A DNA stretch of 64,000 bases, taken from the NCBI GenBank assembly GCA_030295235.1, contig AP026135.1:620001-684000 (forward strand), written 5' to 3'. Both the position numbers and the translations under genes were made by a program. The notes beneath the pieces were generated by a model that did not search any database, was not told the DNA's origin, and was given only the letters and a program-made list of their open reading frames with translations. Shown here piece after piece: positions 25,234 to 35,701 of this stretch. How positions within the stretch are numbered: position 1 is the stretch's first letter; each line of letters opens with the position of its first letter. This DNA is from Fistulifera solaris. Its lineage: Eukaryota.

Positions 25234-25933
25234 TCTATTGTGCTTGCAACGAATCAAATATAGTTTTAAACAACTTTGTTGACGTTCTCGTTGTACAGAA
25301 GAAAGTGATGGCTTTTCCTTGCGGAACTTTTTTGTTAGTCAAAACTGGTGTACTGGTAGTGTTTGCGTTCCTTCCTTCTGGATCTTTTGCCCAAATACCT
25401 GGAAGCGGTACCTGGGAACGGCGTTAAAATTCTGCCTCGTCGTAGACGTTACGTACAATCTTGTACTGGGAGGCAGAATTTTAACGTCCTTCCCTGGTAC
25501 TTTGTACAGCACGAGAACATCACGCGCCGCAAAGGTGCACGCAATGCTGTAAATTCTTCAGTGGCGCATCGGTTTTCACCTCGGTTATCGCTAATAAGTT
25601 ACAAGTAATTACTTGTACAAGAAAAACCGTCATACGCAACAAACCGCAGATTGATTATAAGATTAACCTACGACGACGGACGGACCAGAGTTGAGGGTGT
25701 TTGCGTTTGATTTCGCTCGGGGTCATCCGCGGTCTTTTTACCACAAAGGTGGGCGTGATTGTGTTGGTTCATTTTGCTGTTATAGGAAAGCAACATAAGT
25801 GAAAGAGAAAGAGACCTTCACAGACTTCTCTCTTTATTGAAGCGAAGGCATCGCATAACAAAGCGAGGGACAGCGAGCGGAAGTTGCAATTAAACAAACA
25901 CAAAACTTCTTTTTACTAATTGTCACTGGCACC

Positions 25934-27298
25934 ATGGCCGACGATCAAAAGTACTCAAGAAGCGTCTCAAGGTGCTCATGTCGCTTCCGGAAAATCAAGT
26001 TTGTTCCGATTGCCCGGAACGTCAGCCTCGTTGGGCATCCCTCATCGTTCCTCCTCCTGGAGCTCCCCCCGGATCCCTCCCCATCGGCGCATTTTGTTGT
26101 CTCGAATGCAGCGGATCGCATCGGCGGCTCGGTGTCCACATTTCCTTTGTACGATCCATCAATCTGGATTCTTGTACGTACTAGTCTTGTGTTGTTGTTC
26201 GACAGAAGGCACTAGTTTGATTGTATCTCGCTGACTCCCCTTTTTCTATTTTCTTGAAACTCATAATGAAACAGGGAAAGAGAAGGAAGTCCTAGCTATG
26301 GAAAATGGCGGAAACCTCAAAGTCAACGCAATCTTTGAAGCGAATCTAGCTCGATCGGGTGTGCAAAAGCCGTCGAATCATGCCGATGGTCCGACTCGAG
26401 AACGTTTCATTCGAGACAAGTACGAACGCCGCAAGTTTTATGACCCCGTTTCCTTTTCCAACTTGCCGGCTCCTGCCAGTGTACCGACGACAGCCCCGCA
26501 AGCACAGGCGGAAGTGGGTCCACCTTCCGATGCCGCTCGGCAACGCATGGAGCAACGTCGTTTGCGAAAAATACAGTCGGCACCGGCGACTGAAGAAACG
26601 CGCCCACCTCCCAAACCAACACGCAGCAGTTCGACGGACCGCCCCGCTCGCGCACTCCTCCCCGCCTCAACGCCAAGCCGGGTCCGCGTCGAACGACGCG
26701 CCGACAGCCATCGGATGAATCACTTGAAAAGGAAATGGATTTGTTGGATTTGAATTTTGTGGCTCCCGCAACCGAAACCAAGCCAAATTCGTCTTCGTCT
26801 CATGATCTCTTCAACTTCTTGGTTGTCCAAGATCCGGCACAGAATAATAGTCAGCCCAAGCAGCCTCCGAAATCATCGACTCTCGATATCATGTCGCTCT
26901 ACGGTAGTAATAACAACAATAGTGACTACCAGCGCCAGAACTCGTTGTCGAGTTTCGGCAATTTGACGGTCAGTAATATCATGGATGATGCGAGCAGTAT
27001 GAACAGTGGTGGATACACCGCTCAGCAAATGCAACAAATGAATATGCGACCAAACATGATGCCGAACGTGCAGCAACAGCAAATGATAATGATGCAGCAG
27101 CAACAACAAATGATGATGATGCAACAGCAACAACAACAACAACAGCGCATGATGATGATGCAGAATAACGCCATGAATGGCTTTGGTACTCCTATGGGTA
27201 GTGGACCTCCCGTGTCGTCATTCCAAGGACAGACTGTCAACAAAGCACCCGAGAAGGAAGATCCTTTTGCCCAATTTGGTGTCAATCATTTCCGATAA
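25934..27298 (+). CDS. ArfGAP-domain protein with Q/M-rich tail; intron 26174-26274; apparent frameshifts ~25948 and ~26650
   Basis: CSDC...WAS...CLECSGSHRRLGVHISFVRSINLDS|WKEKEV, GGNLKVNAIFEA, RERFIRDKYERR; DLLDL and DPF adaptor-type motifs. Confidence 0.88.
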
Positions 27299-27662
27299 AT
27301 TTTGGAAAAGATAAACCTCTAAGCGCAGCTGATCCATATGTGGTTCCAGGTAGATGCACGTCTAGATCTAAAAATCAGCTCCTCATAATAAAGTCTTGAT
27401 CTTAGCTGGGAGGTATGAGGCATGGGCAATTTTTTTTGTAAGAAACGTTTGCAATTTCATTTGTAGAGGTCTTTTCCGGGAGTAATCATTTCTCTAGCTT
27501 TAGAGCAGACATCCTCCGGTATGAAAATACAATGGGGAAAATACCGCGGGTTTTGACGTGAGGTCCGAATGGCGGCTGCCGTCTGGCGGACGACCATTGA
27601 AATTTTTTGTTCACTCTTCCTTTATTAGTTGGCGGCGCATTTTCTTTTCCTTTCCTCCATTT

Positions 27663-27683
27663 GAGAGAGAGAGAGAGAGAGAG
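27663..27683 (+). repeat. (GA)10 microsatellite upstream of the DnaJ gene
   Basis: Direct read of gagaga... run. Confidence 0.9.
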
Positions 27684-27775
27684 CGACGTCTACCAGATAA
27701 TATAGCATAACATTTTGAAAAAGTCACAAGGTTGTTGTCAGCTTTTCGTTCATTTTTGATTTTTGTACAACAACC

Positions 27776-29107
27776 ATGTTCTTTGGCGGCGATCCTTTTG
27801 AGCATTTTGCACACCATGGCGGCGGTGGTTCTCACCGAGGTCCTCGCCGGGATGTCGATACTACCAAACTTTACGAGACCCTCGGGGTACGTTCCCTTGC
27901 GGCTCACACAGAACCAAAGTTGCTGCTGACTTACGAGCGAAGCTAACTAACTGATTTCATCTTTTTGACTCGTCGCGTCTCCAATTTTCCTTTTCAGGTA
28001 GAGAAAACAGCCACACAACCAGAAATCAAAAAAGCCTACCGAAAGCTGGCGGTGAAACATCATCCCGATAAAGGCGGAGATGAACACAAGTTTAAAGAAA
28101 TTAACGCTGCTTACGAAATATTGAGTGACGAAGAAAAGAGAGCGAAATATGATCGCCACGGCCTCGAAGGAATTGACGATCACGGCGGAGGAGACGGAAG
28201 TGCCGATATTTTTGATCTGTTTTTTGGAGGTCGTCAGGCTTCGCGTGGGCCCCGTCGCAGCGACGATGTCAATCACGCCATCAAAGTAACACTGGAAGAT
28301 CTTTATAATGGAAAAACTGTCAAGCTCGCCATCAATCGCGAGGTTATAGTCGGCAAGCCCAAAATGTGTCGACAGTGTGACGGACGGGGCATGGTGGCCG
28401 AACTTCGTCAAATCGGCCTTGGAATGGTTCAACAAATACAACGGCACTGCACGTCGTGCCGTGGCGACGGATATCAGTGCGAGAAGAAGCGGGAGCGTAA
28501 GATTGTTGAAGTGCATGTTGAAAAAGGTATGAAAAACAAGGACAAGATCACATTTCGCGGCATGGCGGATGAAAAGCCAAATATGGAACCTGGCGATGTG
28601 CACTTTGTTGTGCACGAAAAAGAACACGATGTGTTTAAGCGGAAAGGAGCTGATTTATTGATCACGAAGAATCTTTGTTTGAAGGAGGCCTTGACAGGCT
28701 TCGCGTGGAGGGTCAAACATCTGGATGGGCGATCCTTGATCATTGCTTCGAAGCCGGGCGAAGTTATTCGAGCCAATGCGGCGAATGAGAAGCCGTATGT
28801 CAAGATTGTACCGAACGAGGGCATGCCTAGTCGAGGAAACCCTTTTGTCAAGGGTAATCTTTACGTCGTTTTCACTGTCAAGTTCCCAGAAGACGGAGAA
28901 CTCTCTGCCGCGGCTTTAGATAGTTTGCGCGCACATTTACCTGGTCCTTCATCGATGGACATGGAGGCACAAGAGGAAGAAGAGAAAGTACATTTGGAGG
29001 TAGCGAACATTGCAAACTTTGGACGTGGTGGTGCTCAAACACAGGAGTCAGCTTACGACTCGGATAGCGATGAAGGGCCCCGTGCAGTAAATTGCCAGCA
29101 ATCCTAA
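27776..29107 (+). CDS. Type I-like DnaJ/Hsp40 (DNAJA/Ydj1 family) with CaaX; intron 27887-27997
   Basis: Exon 1 [11 protein letters not shown]...[11 protein letters not shown]-domain [16 protein letters not shown], two CxxCxGxG motifs and C-terminal CQQS. Confidence 0.94.
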
Positions 29108-29263
29108 ATAGTTTGTAAGGACGATGCGAAAAGGTTTTGTTCACTTTTGAAATTATTTAGCAATGTCCTATCGAATGTCGCGTGTTATTATTCAAGCCTT
29201 CTCTCGACGATGTAAACGTTGCCTATAGCCTTTTTCATACAGACCTTATTTATCGTAGTCAGC

Positions 29264-30985
29264 TCACACTATTCCGTCCTTTTCCCACAAGCTTTTAATT
29301 TTTACCACAATGGCGGTGATGTCATCTCTGTATTCCCCTTCCTCTTCGTGCCATTTTGCGGCAGCTGCTTCTATCAATGCCTGACACGCCTTCGTTGCCC
29401 CACGATCCAAATTCTCGCCAACAATTCGTACAGCATCTGCAGATGTAATAAACTCCCAAACTCCATCTGACGCCAGGATCATGAAGTCATCTTGAGCATT
29501 GATCTCATACGTGGAAATAACAGGTTCAGCGATGACTCCTACTTCACTGACGGCGTGGTCTCCGATTGATCGAGCCATAGCTAAACCAATCTGAGTGTAA
29601 TGCGGGTCCAACCAAACTCTTGCAGAGAGCCCAGGAGCAGGAGCTGGCGACACATAACCACCTTGTGCTGTAATGCGTTCCATTTCTTCGGGTAGATCTG
29701 GATTTTGATCGATTGTTAGATCCACAGCATCCCAGCTGCTACCTTCGGCCGTTTTCCGAGCCATCACAGCACGCGAGTCCCCAGCATTTGCCAGGGTCAA
29801 TATATTCTTCGTAAGTAAAGCAACACATGCCGTTGTCCCTGAATACCATGGTTCGATAAGTGGCTCGTCCTTGAGAGCCTCGTCAACGGCTAGAAAGACA
29901 TCCGTCAAAGCCTTTCCATCGTTAGTGCCAAAGTCCGGATGTTTTTCCAGTCGCCTTTGTACTTCGTGTAAAGCAAACTGAGAAACGAATTCGCCACCTT
30001 GGCCATGACCGTCATAAACTGCAAAGAGAGCAATGCGACGATTATTGCCATACGGATATGCGACACCACCTCGATCCTGATTTATCTTCGCCACCATTGT
30101 AGGCCTCTCCTCGGGACGTTTACGTGCTGCGGATTCGTTTGCTTCGGCATCTTCCGTATCCGAAGAAGACGAGTCGTAACGTTGATGAGTGCCTGCAAAG
30201 GCTGCTGGCTTTCCGCTCTGAGGAGGAGGCCAGGCTTCTTCCTCGTCCTCGTCCTCTTCGTCATCTCCGTAAATGGGCTCCACACCGTGACACGAGTAAG
30301 TCCCAACAATTTCTAAAGGAAACGGTAGCTTGTGTTCTTCTTCGGCTGCAACCGTTTGTCGATAGCTCCATCGGGGTATGCGCTGCAGATCGGATCCCTT
30401 ATTATCTTCTTGCTGTTTCTCTTCGTCTCCATCCAGATCATCACTTGGCTGAAATAGAAGAGAGCTCGATGACCCCGGTCGGACAAGAGGTTTGTTGGTG
30501 TACAAGACATTGTCGCGGTGAATCGCCGGTGAGGGTGGTGCTCGACCCGCCGACAGTAACTCATCGGCATGTACTGTTTTGGTTCTACGACGCTCCGGAG
30601 TACTCTTGATCGAAGTCGAACTAACTTCCGAATAGCGTCGCTGTCGCTTATTGCTACCTGCCTCGTCGTGAGCGTCATCCGATGACTCGCCTCTCGCCGC
30701 GTTGTGACTCGAAGTGGTGAGTGACAAGCGGCGTTTACGAAATGTATGAGCCTTCTCATCAGCAGAGGGACTAGTGACTTCACTTTGTGATTCAGCACTT
30801 TGGTTCTTTTCTTCGGTCTCGTCTTTTGTGTCTAGGTTATCGGATTGCTCCTTTGTCGGTGAACTCGGCTGCAAGTGATGTTTCGGAAGACTCAGCCTAC
30901 GTTTTCGAAACGTCGAGCTCTTCTTCTTGTCTTCATTTTCGTCATCATGAGAGTAATGAAGCTGTTCATCCGATTCGTTTTCCAT
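29264..30985 (-). CDS. Protein phosphatase 2C (PPM family) with long disordered N-terminus
   Basis: KINQDRG, VYDGHG, SGTTA, ANAGDSRAV, GLAMARSIGD, ILASDGVWEF and DDITAIVV. The start is uncertain (30985 chosen; an acceptor-like CAG lies just upstream). Confidence 0.92.
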   Translation of the reverse strand: MENESDEQLHYSHDDENEDKKKSSTFRKRRLSLPKHHLQPSSPTKEQSDNLDTKDETEEKNQSAESQSEVTSPSADEKAHTFRKRRLSLTTSSHNAARGESSDDAHDEAGSNKRQRRYSEVSSTSIKSTPERRRTKTVHADELLSAGRAPPSPAIHRDNVLYTNKPLVRPGSSSSLLFQPSDDLDGDEEKQQEDNKGSDLQRIPRWSYRQTVAAEEEHKLPFPLEIVGTYSCHGVEPIYGDDEEDEDEEEAWPPPQSGKPAAFAGTHQRYDSSSSDTEDAEANESAARKRPEERPTMVAKINQDRGGVAYPYGNNRRIALFAVYDGHGQGGEFVSQFALHEVQRRLEKHPDFGTNDGKALTDVFLAVDEALKDEPLIEPWYSGTTACVALLTKNILTLANAGDSRAVMARKTAEGSSWDAVDLTIDQNPDLPEEMERITAQGGYVSPAPAPGLSARVWLDPHYTQIGLAMARSIGDHAVSEVGVIAEPVISTYEINAQDDFMILASDGVWEFITSADAVRIVGENLDRGATKACQALIEAAAAKWHEEEGEYRDDITAIVVKIKSLWEKDGIV

Positions 30986-31760
30986 GGTTACTGAATGTAA
31001 AAAAATGAGCGCGATACTTTGATCGGTATGCCTTTTTGTCACTATGGCGTGGTGTTTTCGGATACAAACTATTTCGATTATTAGATTAGCGTCTCGTTCC
31101 AGCTCAGTCTAAAGGAGAGGACTGACGATGAACCCTTGTTCTAACAAAGTAGAATATCGAATAGACAGGAGAGGCGGGCAGTCAATGACATCACAGTCAG
31201 TGAAGAGGACTTTGGCGCAACTCTCTGTTCGAAGGCGAAAAAGGGCAATTGATGGGGAACAAAACATCGGGAGGAGAGGACTTCTCTCGTCCGTAATTCG
31301 ATCGGAACGCCAGCAAGGTGATTTTACATAAGGAAATTCTTTGCGCGCCCATGTCCTTTTGCTTGCAACACGTTTTGTGTATAGCTTTTTGATAAAGCGC
31401 GCCATGGAAGTCGTCAATAGTGCAATGTGCAACGCCACATCAAGTTCAATGTTCAACGTTTTTCGTTTATGGCAGGAAGCTGCCGCCTTCACGAAAACGA
31501 GCCATCCGATGATGCAATGGAATGGAAAGTAACCATCGAGAGCTAAAAATACCAAACAACAGAAGCTACACTTTTTGGACGACAGCACTTCGCCGGAAAT
31601 GGGTCCCTATCACCCTCGAGAGTGCTGCTCTAGTTGGCATAGATGGTCGAGACTTCAAGAGGAATGAACCCGATTCAAAGCACTCAAATACAAAGGAAAG
31701 AATCGAATGAACGAACTTTTCAAATACTCTTAACTAGAGGATCAAGTTAACTAAGTAGCT

Positions 31761-32033
31761 CTAAACGACTTCCGTTTTGGAGAGGTGCTGCCCGTTGGCG
31801 TCGTGAAACGAATACTGGTTCCTATGAGGCTTGGTGTCGCGGGGAAGAACCAGACGGATACCATTCTCGGGAACGTAGACTCCAAGATGGTGCAACTGAG
31901 CCATTTCGAGCATCGAAATCCGTTCTTGGATGTTGGGCCGTCGACTGGGAGGCAGGGGTACGACGACTTTTCCCGCAGGACTGTTGACGAGAGGCTTGTA
32001 GTTGGACTTCTTCTGGCGGCGAAAGAACTTCAT
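31761..32033 (-). CDS. Small hypothetical basic protein (90 aa)
   Basis: ATG in ACCATG context, MKFFRRQKKS...; locally GC-rich coding-like composition; no recognised domain. Confidence 0.45.
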   Translation of the reverse strand: MKFFRRQKKSNYKPLVNSPAGKVVVPLPPSRRPNIQERISMLEMAQLHHLGVYVPENGIRLVLPRDTKPHRNQYSFHDANGQHLSKTEVV

Positions 32034-32893
32034 GGTAAGGCGAGCTTCTGTTCCAGCTTGAACGTTATTCAAGCACACGATTCGGCTTTGTGCGAGAAAT
32101 GGGCTGGTTGATTCAAGTGCATTCGATTTGATGGATAAATCGGCAACATTTTTGTTGTTAGTTTCATTTTTTGGAAACGCCCGAGTACTCAACGTGGTAC
32201 AGTCTATATTGTGACGGGACTGAAGTTGCCCGACTGACCGCTGTCGAAACGAAAACGAAACGACGAGAGTTTCTCGCCGTTTTTCGAACATTTCATGAAC
32301 ACGGACATGTAGCTTTTCTTTCCTTCTTCACATTGATTTCCCCAGGAAAAACAAGACAGAAATCTCTTCCTTCCGTTCACCAACGTGGACGACAGGTGGG
32401 AATGCTATTTTCAAGCGAAACGGGGACGTGTCGAACTGCTTTTCTATAATGATCTTTCCGCCGGATCATCAACTCTTGACGTTGAAAGCGATTCACAAAG
32501 TTTGTCAACTTAGTTTCCACTCGTCTATGAATCATTCCTTACATGCAATCGTTTGTGCTTTCGGCAAGAAAAAACGATACGAGGACGATAAGAAGTTCCC
32601 TGAATACTTCGTCGCAGTGGGAAACATTATTTGTTTATCCGAATGTCTTGGGTTTACCGTGGGACATTCGTACTTAAGCACGTTTCGCCTAAGTTGTTGG
32701 TCAACCGACGCATTGTATCGTTTAAAATGTACATGAAAGCCCGACCGTGACGAAAAACAGAAGGAAAAGGTCGTGAAAATCGATGCACCCGAACCGCCCG
32801 AACCGCAGAACGATAAAAACCTTGTTCTTCTATATTTTCTCTTACCAGGTATCTAATAGGCTTGTTTCATTAAATCCGAAGTAATGTAATAGA

Positions 32894-33987
32894 ATGTCAG
32901 ATCCTATGGACGAAGGGTCGGCACCTCGCAAAGAAATATACACATACACTGCGCCGTGGACCGTCTATTCCCTGGCATGGAGTCGGAGGTACGTCTATTG
33001 TAAGAAAGAAACGGTTGCATCGTGCCCTTCCCTGACGTTATTCTTCTTATAGACAAGACATTCGATCTCAATTTCGCCTCGCCATCGGTTCGTATGTCGA
33101 GCAATATTCGAACGGTGTGCAAATTATCGAAAAACAACATCGTAACGCCGACGACGATGACGGATTGACGTCTCTGTACAAGACGGGCGAATTCGATCAT
33201 CCGTATCCGTGTACCAAGATTTTGTGGAACCCCGCCGTGAATGGTCGCGATCTGCTCGCCACAACGGGTGATTATCTGCGAGTATGGAGTGTACAAGAAG
33301 GAATGAACCCAAAAAAGGAGTGTCTTCTCAACAACAATAAAACGTCGGAATACTGTGCCCCTCTCACATCGTTTGACTGGAATGAAACGGATCATAACAT
33401 CGTGGGTACATCCTCGATTGATACCACTTGCACAATTTGGGATATTGAAGCGCAAAAAGCCAAGACGCAGCTGATTGCGCACGACCGAGAAGTCTTTGAT
33501 ATTGCCTTTGCGCGGGGGGAAAGATGTCTTTGCGTCGGTCGGAGCCGACGGTAGCGTACGAATGTTTGATTTGCGGTCTTTGGAGCATTCTACAATTATT
33601 TATGAATCACCGAATTTGGATGCACTCTTGCGTCTGGAATGGAACAAGCAAGATCCGAACTATTTGGCAACCTTCATGGTGGATAGTCGGCGGACCATTA
33701 TTTTGGATATTCGAGTACCGTCCATACCGGTGGCGGAGCTGGGAGGGCATATGGGGTGTGTCAATGCCGCCGCTTGGGCTCCGCATTCGTCTTGTCATAT
33801 ATGTACGGTAGGCGACGATAATCAGGCACTCATTTGGGATCTGAGCAGCATGTCGAAACGGCCCGTGGAGGACCCCATACTGGCGTATAATGCTGCTGGT
33901 GAAATAAACAATCTGCATTGGTCGGCGGCAAGGCCCGATTGGGTATCGATCGCCTTTCATGATAAACTACAAATTCTACGTGTATAA
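32894..33987 (+). CDS. DCAF7: WD40 protein DCAF7/WDR68/HAN11 (AN11/TTG1-like); intron 32989-33052; apparent frameshift in G-run 33514-33519
   Basis: [87 protein letters not shown] and [11 protein letters not shown]. Confidence 0.95.
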
Positions 33988-34176
33988 TAACCAGAGCTTT
34001 TTGATCAAAGTGATGTTTTAACGAAAGACGCAAAGGCGACAACAAGAGAGTGTGACATGAAAGGTGACAATATTTGTGTTCAAAGAGCTAGGCTTCAAAG
34101 AAACTTTTTAAGCTATCTTCGCTCGACACTGTCGTGAAAACAGGACTATGACGAATTCTGAATCGTTGATTGTCAA

Positions 34177-34316
34177 TAGCGGCTACGACCAGATTTACGC
34201 TGCTCCAAATAGCGAGTATATACATTACGATCTTAAACTGCTTCATTAGCGGCTACGACCAGATTTACGCTGCTCCAAATAGCGAGTATATACATTATGA
34301 TCTTAAACTGCTTCAT
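34177..34316. repeat. 70-bp tandem duplication (34177-34246, 34247-34316; one C/T mismatch) spanning the stop codon of the minus-strand gene
   Basis: tagcggctacgaccagatttacgctgctccaaatagcgagtatatacatta[c/t]gatcttaaactgcttcat x2. Confidence 0.93.
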
Positions 34317-35013
34317 TGACTTCGAACACTGGTTTGATAGACTTTCCTTCTTCACTCTTTTCAACACGCAAACCGCCTTCGGTTCGTTCTTCTCCAACAT
34401 AGATTTCCGGATTGTATCCCACCAAATTCGCATCAAAATCATCCGGTAGATCCGCCGCACTTCCTTCGACTTTCGTCAGATTCACTTGATTTCGTACGAC
34501 ATCCATTTCCGAATCACCCGGCGCGTACCACAATTCCAGGGCCGACGCGTACGAACCACCCAAATTTTGGGGCCGTAATTCGCGTTGACTGTATTCGAAA
34601 ATGACGCGTTTCTGTGCCAAACAAGCATGTGTCGGTAAAATACCCGGCTTCGCCGCGACTTTTCCGACGAACCAAAAAGTAGTGGGACTATTGAGAGGGG
34701 AACGAATGTAGACATCATTGCAGGCATCCTTTCCGTGTTCTTTGCGAATGACATCAAAGGTATTCGCTGCTTTGCGCAGTACTTTGGAGCCCGATCCCGT
34801 ATGTTTGCTGGATATCGAGCGAAGCTTTTTGTTATTTGGGGATGCTTTGGTGCTACCAAACCCTCCTCCACTTTTGCCGCTATCTGCAGTGGTCGTTGAC
34901 TTTTTAACGGCCGAGATGATGCACGTTCGAAGACGGCTCTCTGCAGGAGTAATAAATGCGCCGCAAAATTTTCGAAATAACAGCGTCACGTAAAGGATGT
35001 GGTGGTACTTCAT
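34303..35013 (-). CDS. Plastid-targeted protein of unknown function
   Basis: Bipartite presequence MKYHHILYVTLLFRKFCGA-FITP, GGGFG linker, globular part FWFVGKVA...QKRVIFEYS...LRPQNL...LELWYAPGDSEMD. Confidence 0.75.
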   Translation of the reverse strand: MKYHHILYVTLLFRKFCGAFITPAESRLRTCIISAVKKSTTTADSGKSGGGFGSTKASPNNKKLRSISSKHTGSGSKVLRKAANTFDVIRKEHGKDACNDVYIRSPLNSPTTFWFVGKVAAKPGILPTHACLAQKRVIFEYSQRELRPQNLGGSYASALELWYAPGDSEMDVVRNQVNLTKVEGSAADLPDDFDANLVGYNPEIYVGEERTEGGLRVEKSEEGKSIKPVFEVNEAV

Positions 35014-35088
35014 AATTAATGGATCTTTCTCTTTGTTTTCCTTAGACACAATATTTGCCACGTTTTGAATAATTGAGTGGCTCTGCAT

Positions 35089-35128
35089 GAATAATCATAA
35101 TAAATAATAATCATAAATAATCATAATC
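35089..35128 (+). repeat. AT-rich degenerate (AATAATCAT)-type simple repeat
   Basis: aataatcataataaataataatcataaataatcataatc. Confidence 0.7.
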
Positions 35129-35701
35129 GCCTAGTTCCAGAAATTCTGGATACGGTGTTAAGAGAGGTAATTAATTTACCTCGAACCTTATTAACTTGAG
35201 TAGCCCCGGCAGCCCATTTACTATGGCGATAAGTGTTCTGTCTACTTTTCCAAGCCGTCGAAAAATCAGCAATGAAAGAAACGAAGCAGATTTTTAATCA
35301 ATAAATTTATAAACTAATGTCATGGTGAGGCGACCAGTTATTGTTCATACAGCAATTCTGTATATGTCCCAGAAATTTTGGAAGAAATCATCGGTGTATT
35401 TCATATTTCATCATACAGAAAATCTGGATGTTGTGTTATTAGATGCAGACATTTTGTGTTAATTCCTGAAGTTCTGGAAACCGTTACGTTCTTGGGTTTA
35501 CCCTCTACTAGGTATACTCTCTAGAGAGCGACGACTCCTCGCTATACTCCTCGCATCTTAGTGATTTTTTCTTTTTGCATACTTTGAGTCAAATGCAACC
35601 AAGTCTTCTAATAGAGATAATTACTAGGTTTTTTGCACAAAGATCTTTGATGAGCACTGTCCGCTACGATAGAACAAGAAGGCATCTTTCTCTACATTCT
35701 C

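Noticed and set aside
26873..27285. Minus-strand poly-L/H and poly-C/I ORFs
   Set aside because: Antisense shadows of the CAG/CAA/ATG-rich Q/M tract of the ArfGAP gene.
31109..31710. Several 60-160 aa ORFs on both strands upstream of PP2C
   Set aside because: No recognisable motifs and mutually overlapping; more likely the PP2C 5' UTR/intron and promoter.
12632..33987. Programmed ribosomal frameshifting or pseudogenisation of the SAM carrier, MBF1, NVL, ArfGAP and DCAF7
   Set aside because: Shifts go in both directions at simple homopolymers, with no shared slippery site or structure; sequencing error is more parsimonious.
34303..35013. Assignment as an HHL1-like photosystem repair protein
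   Set aside because: Only a vague architectural resemblance; no motif match I can support.
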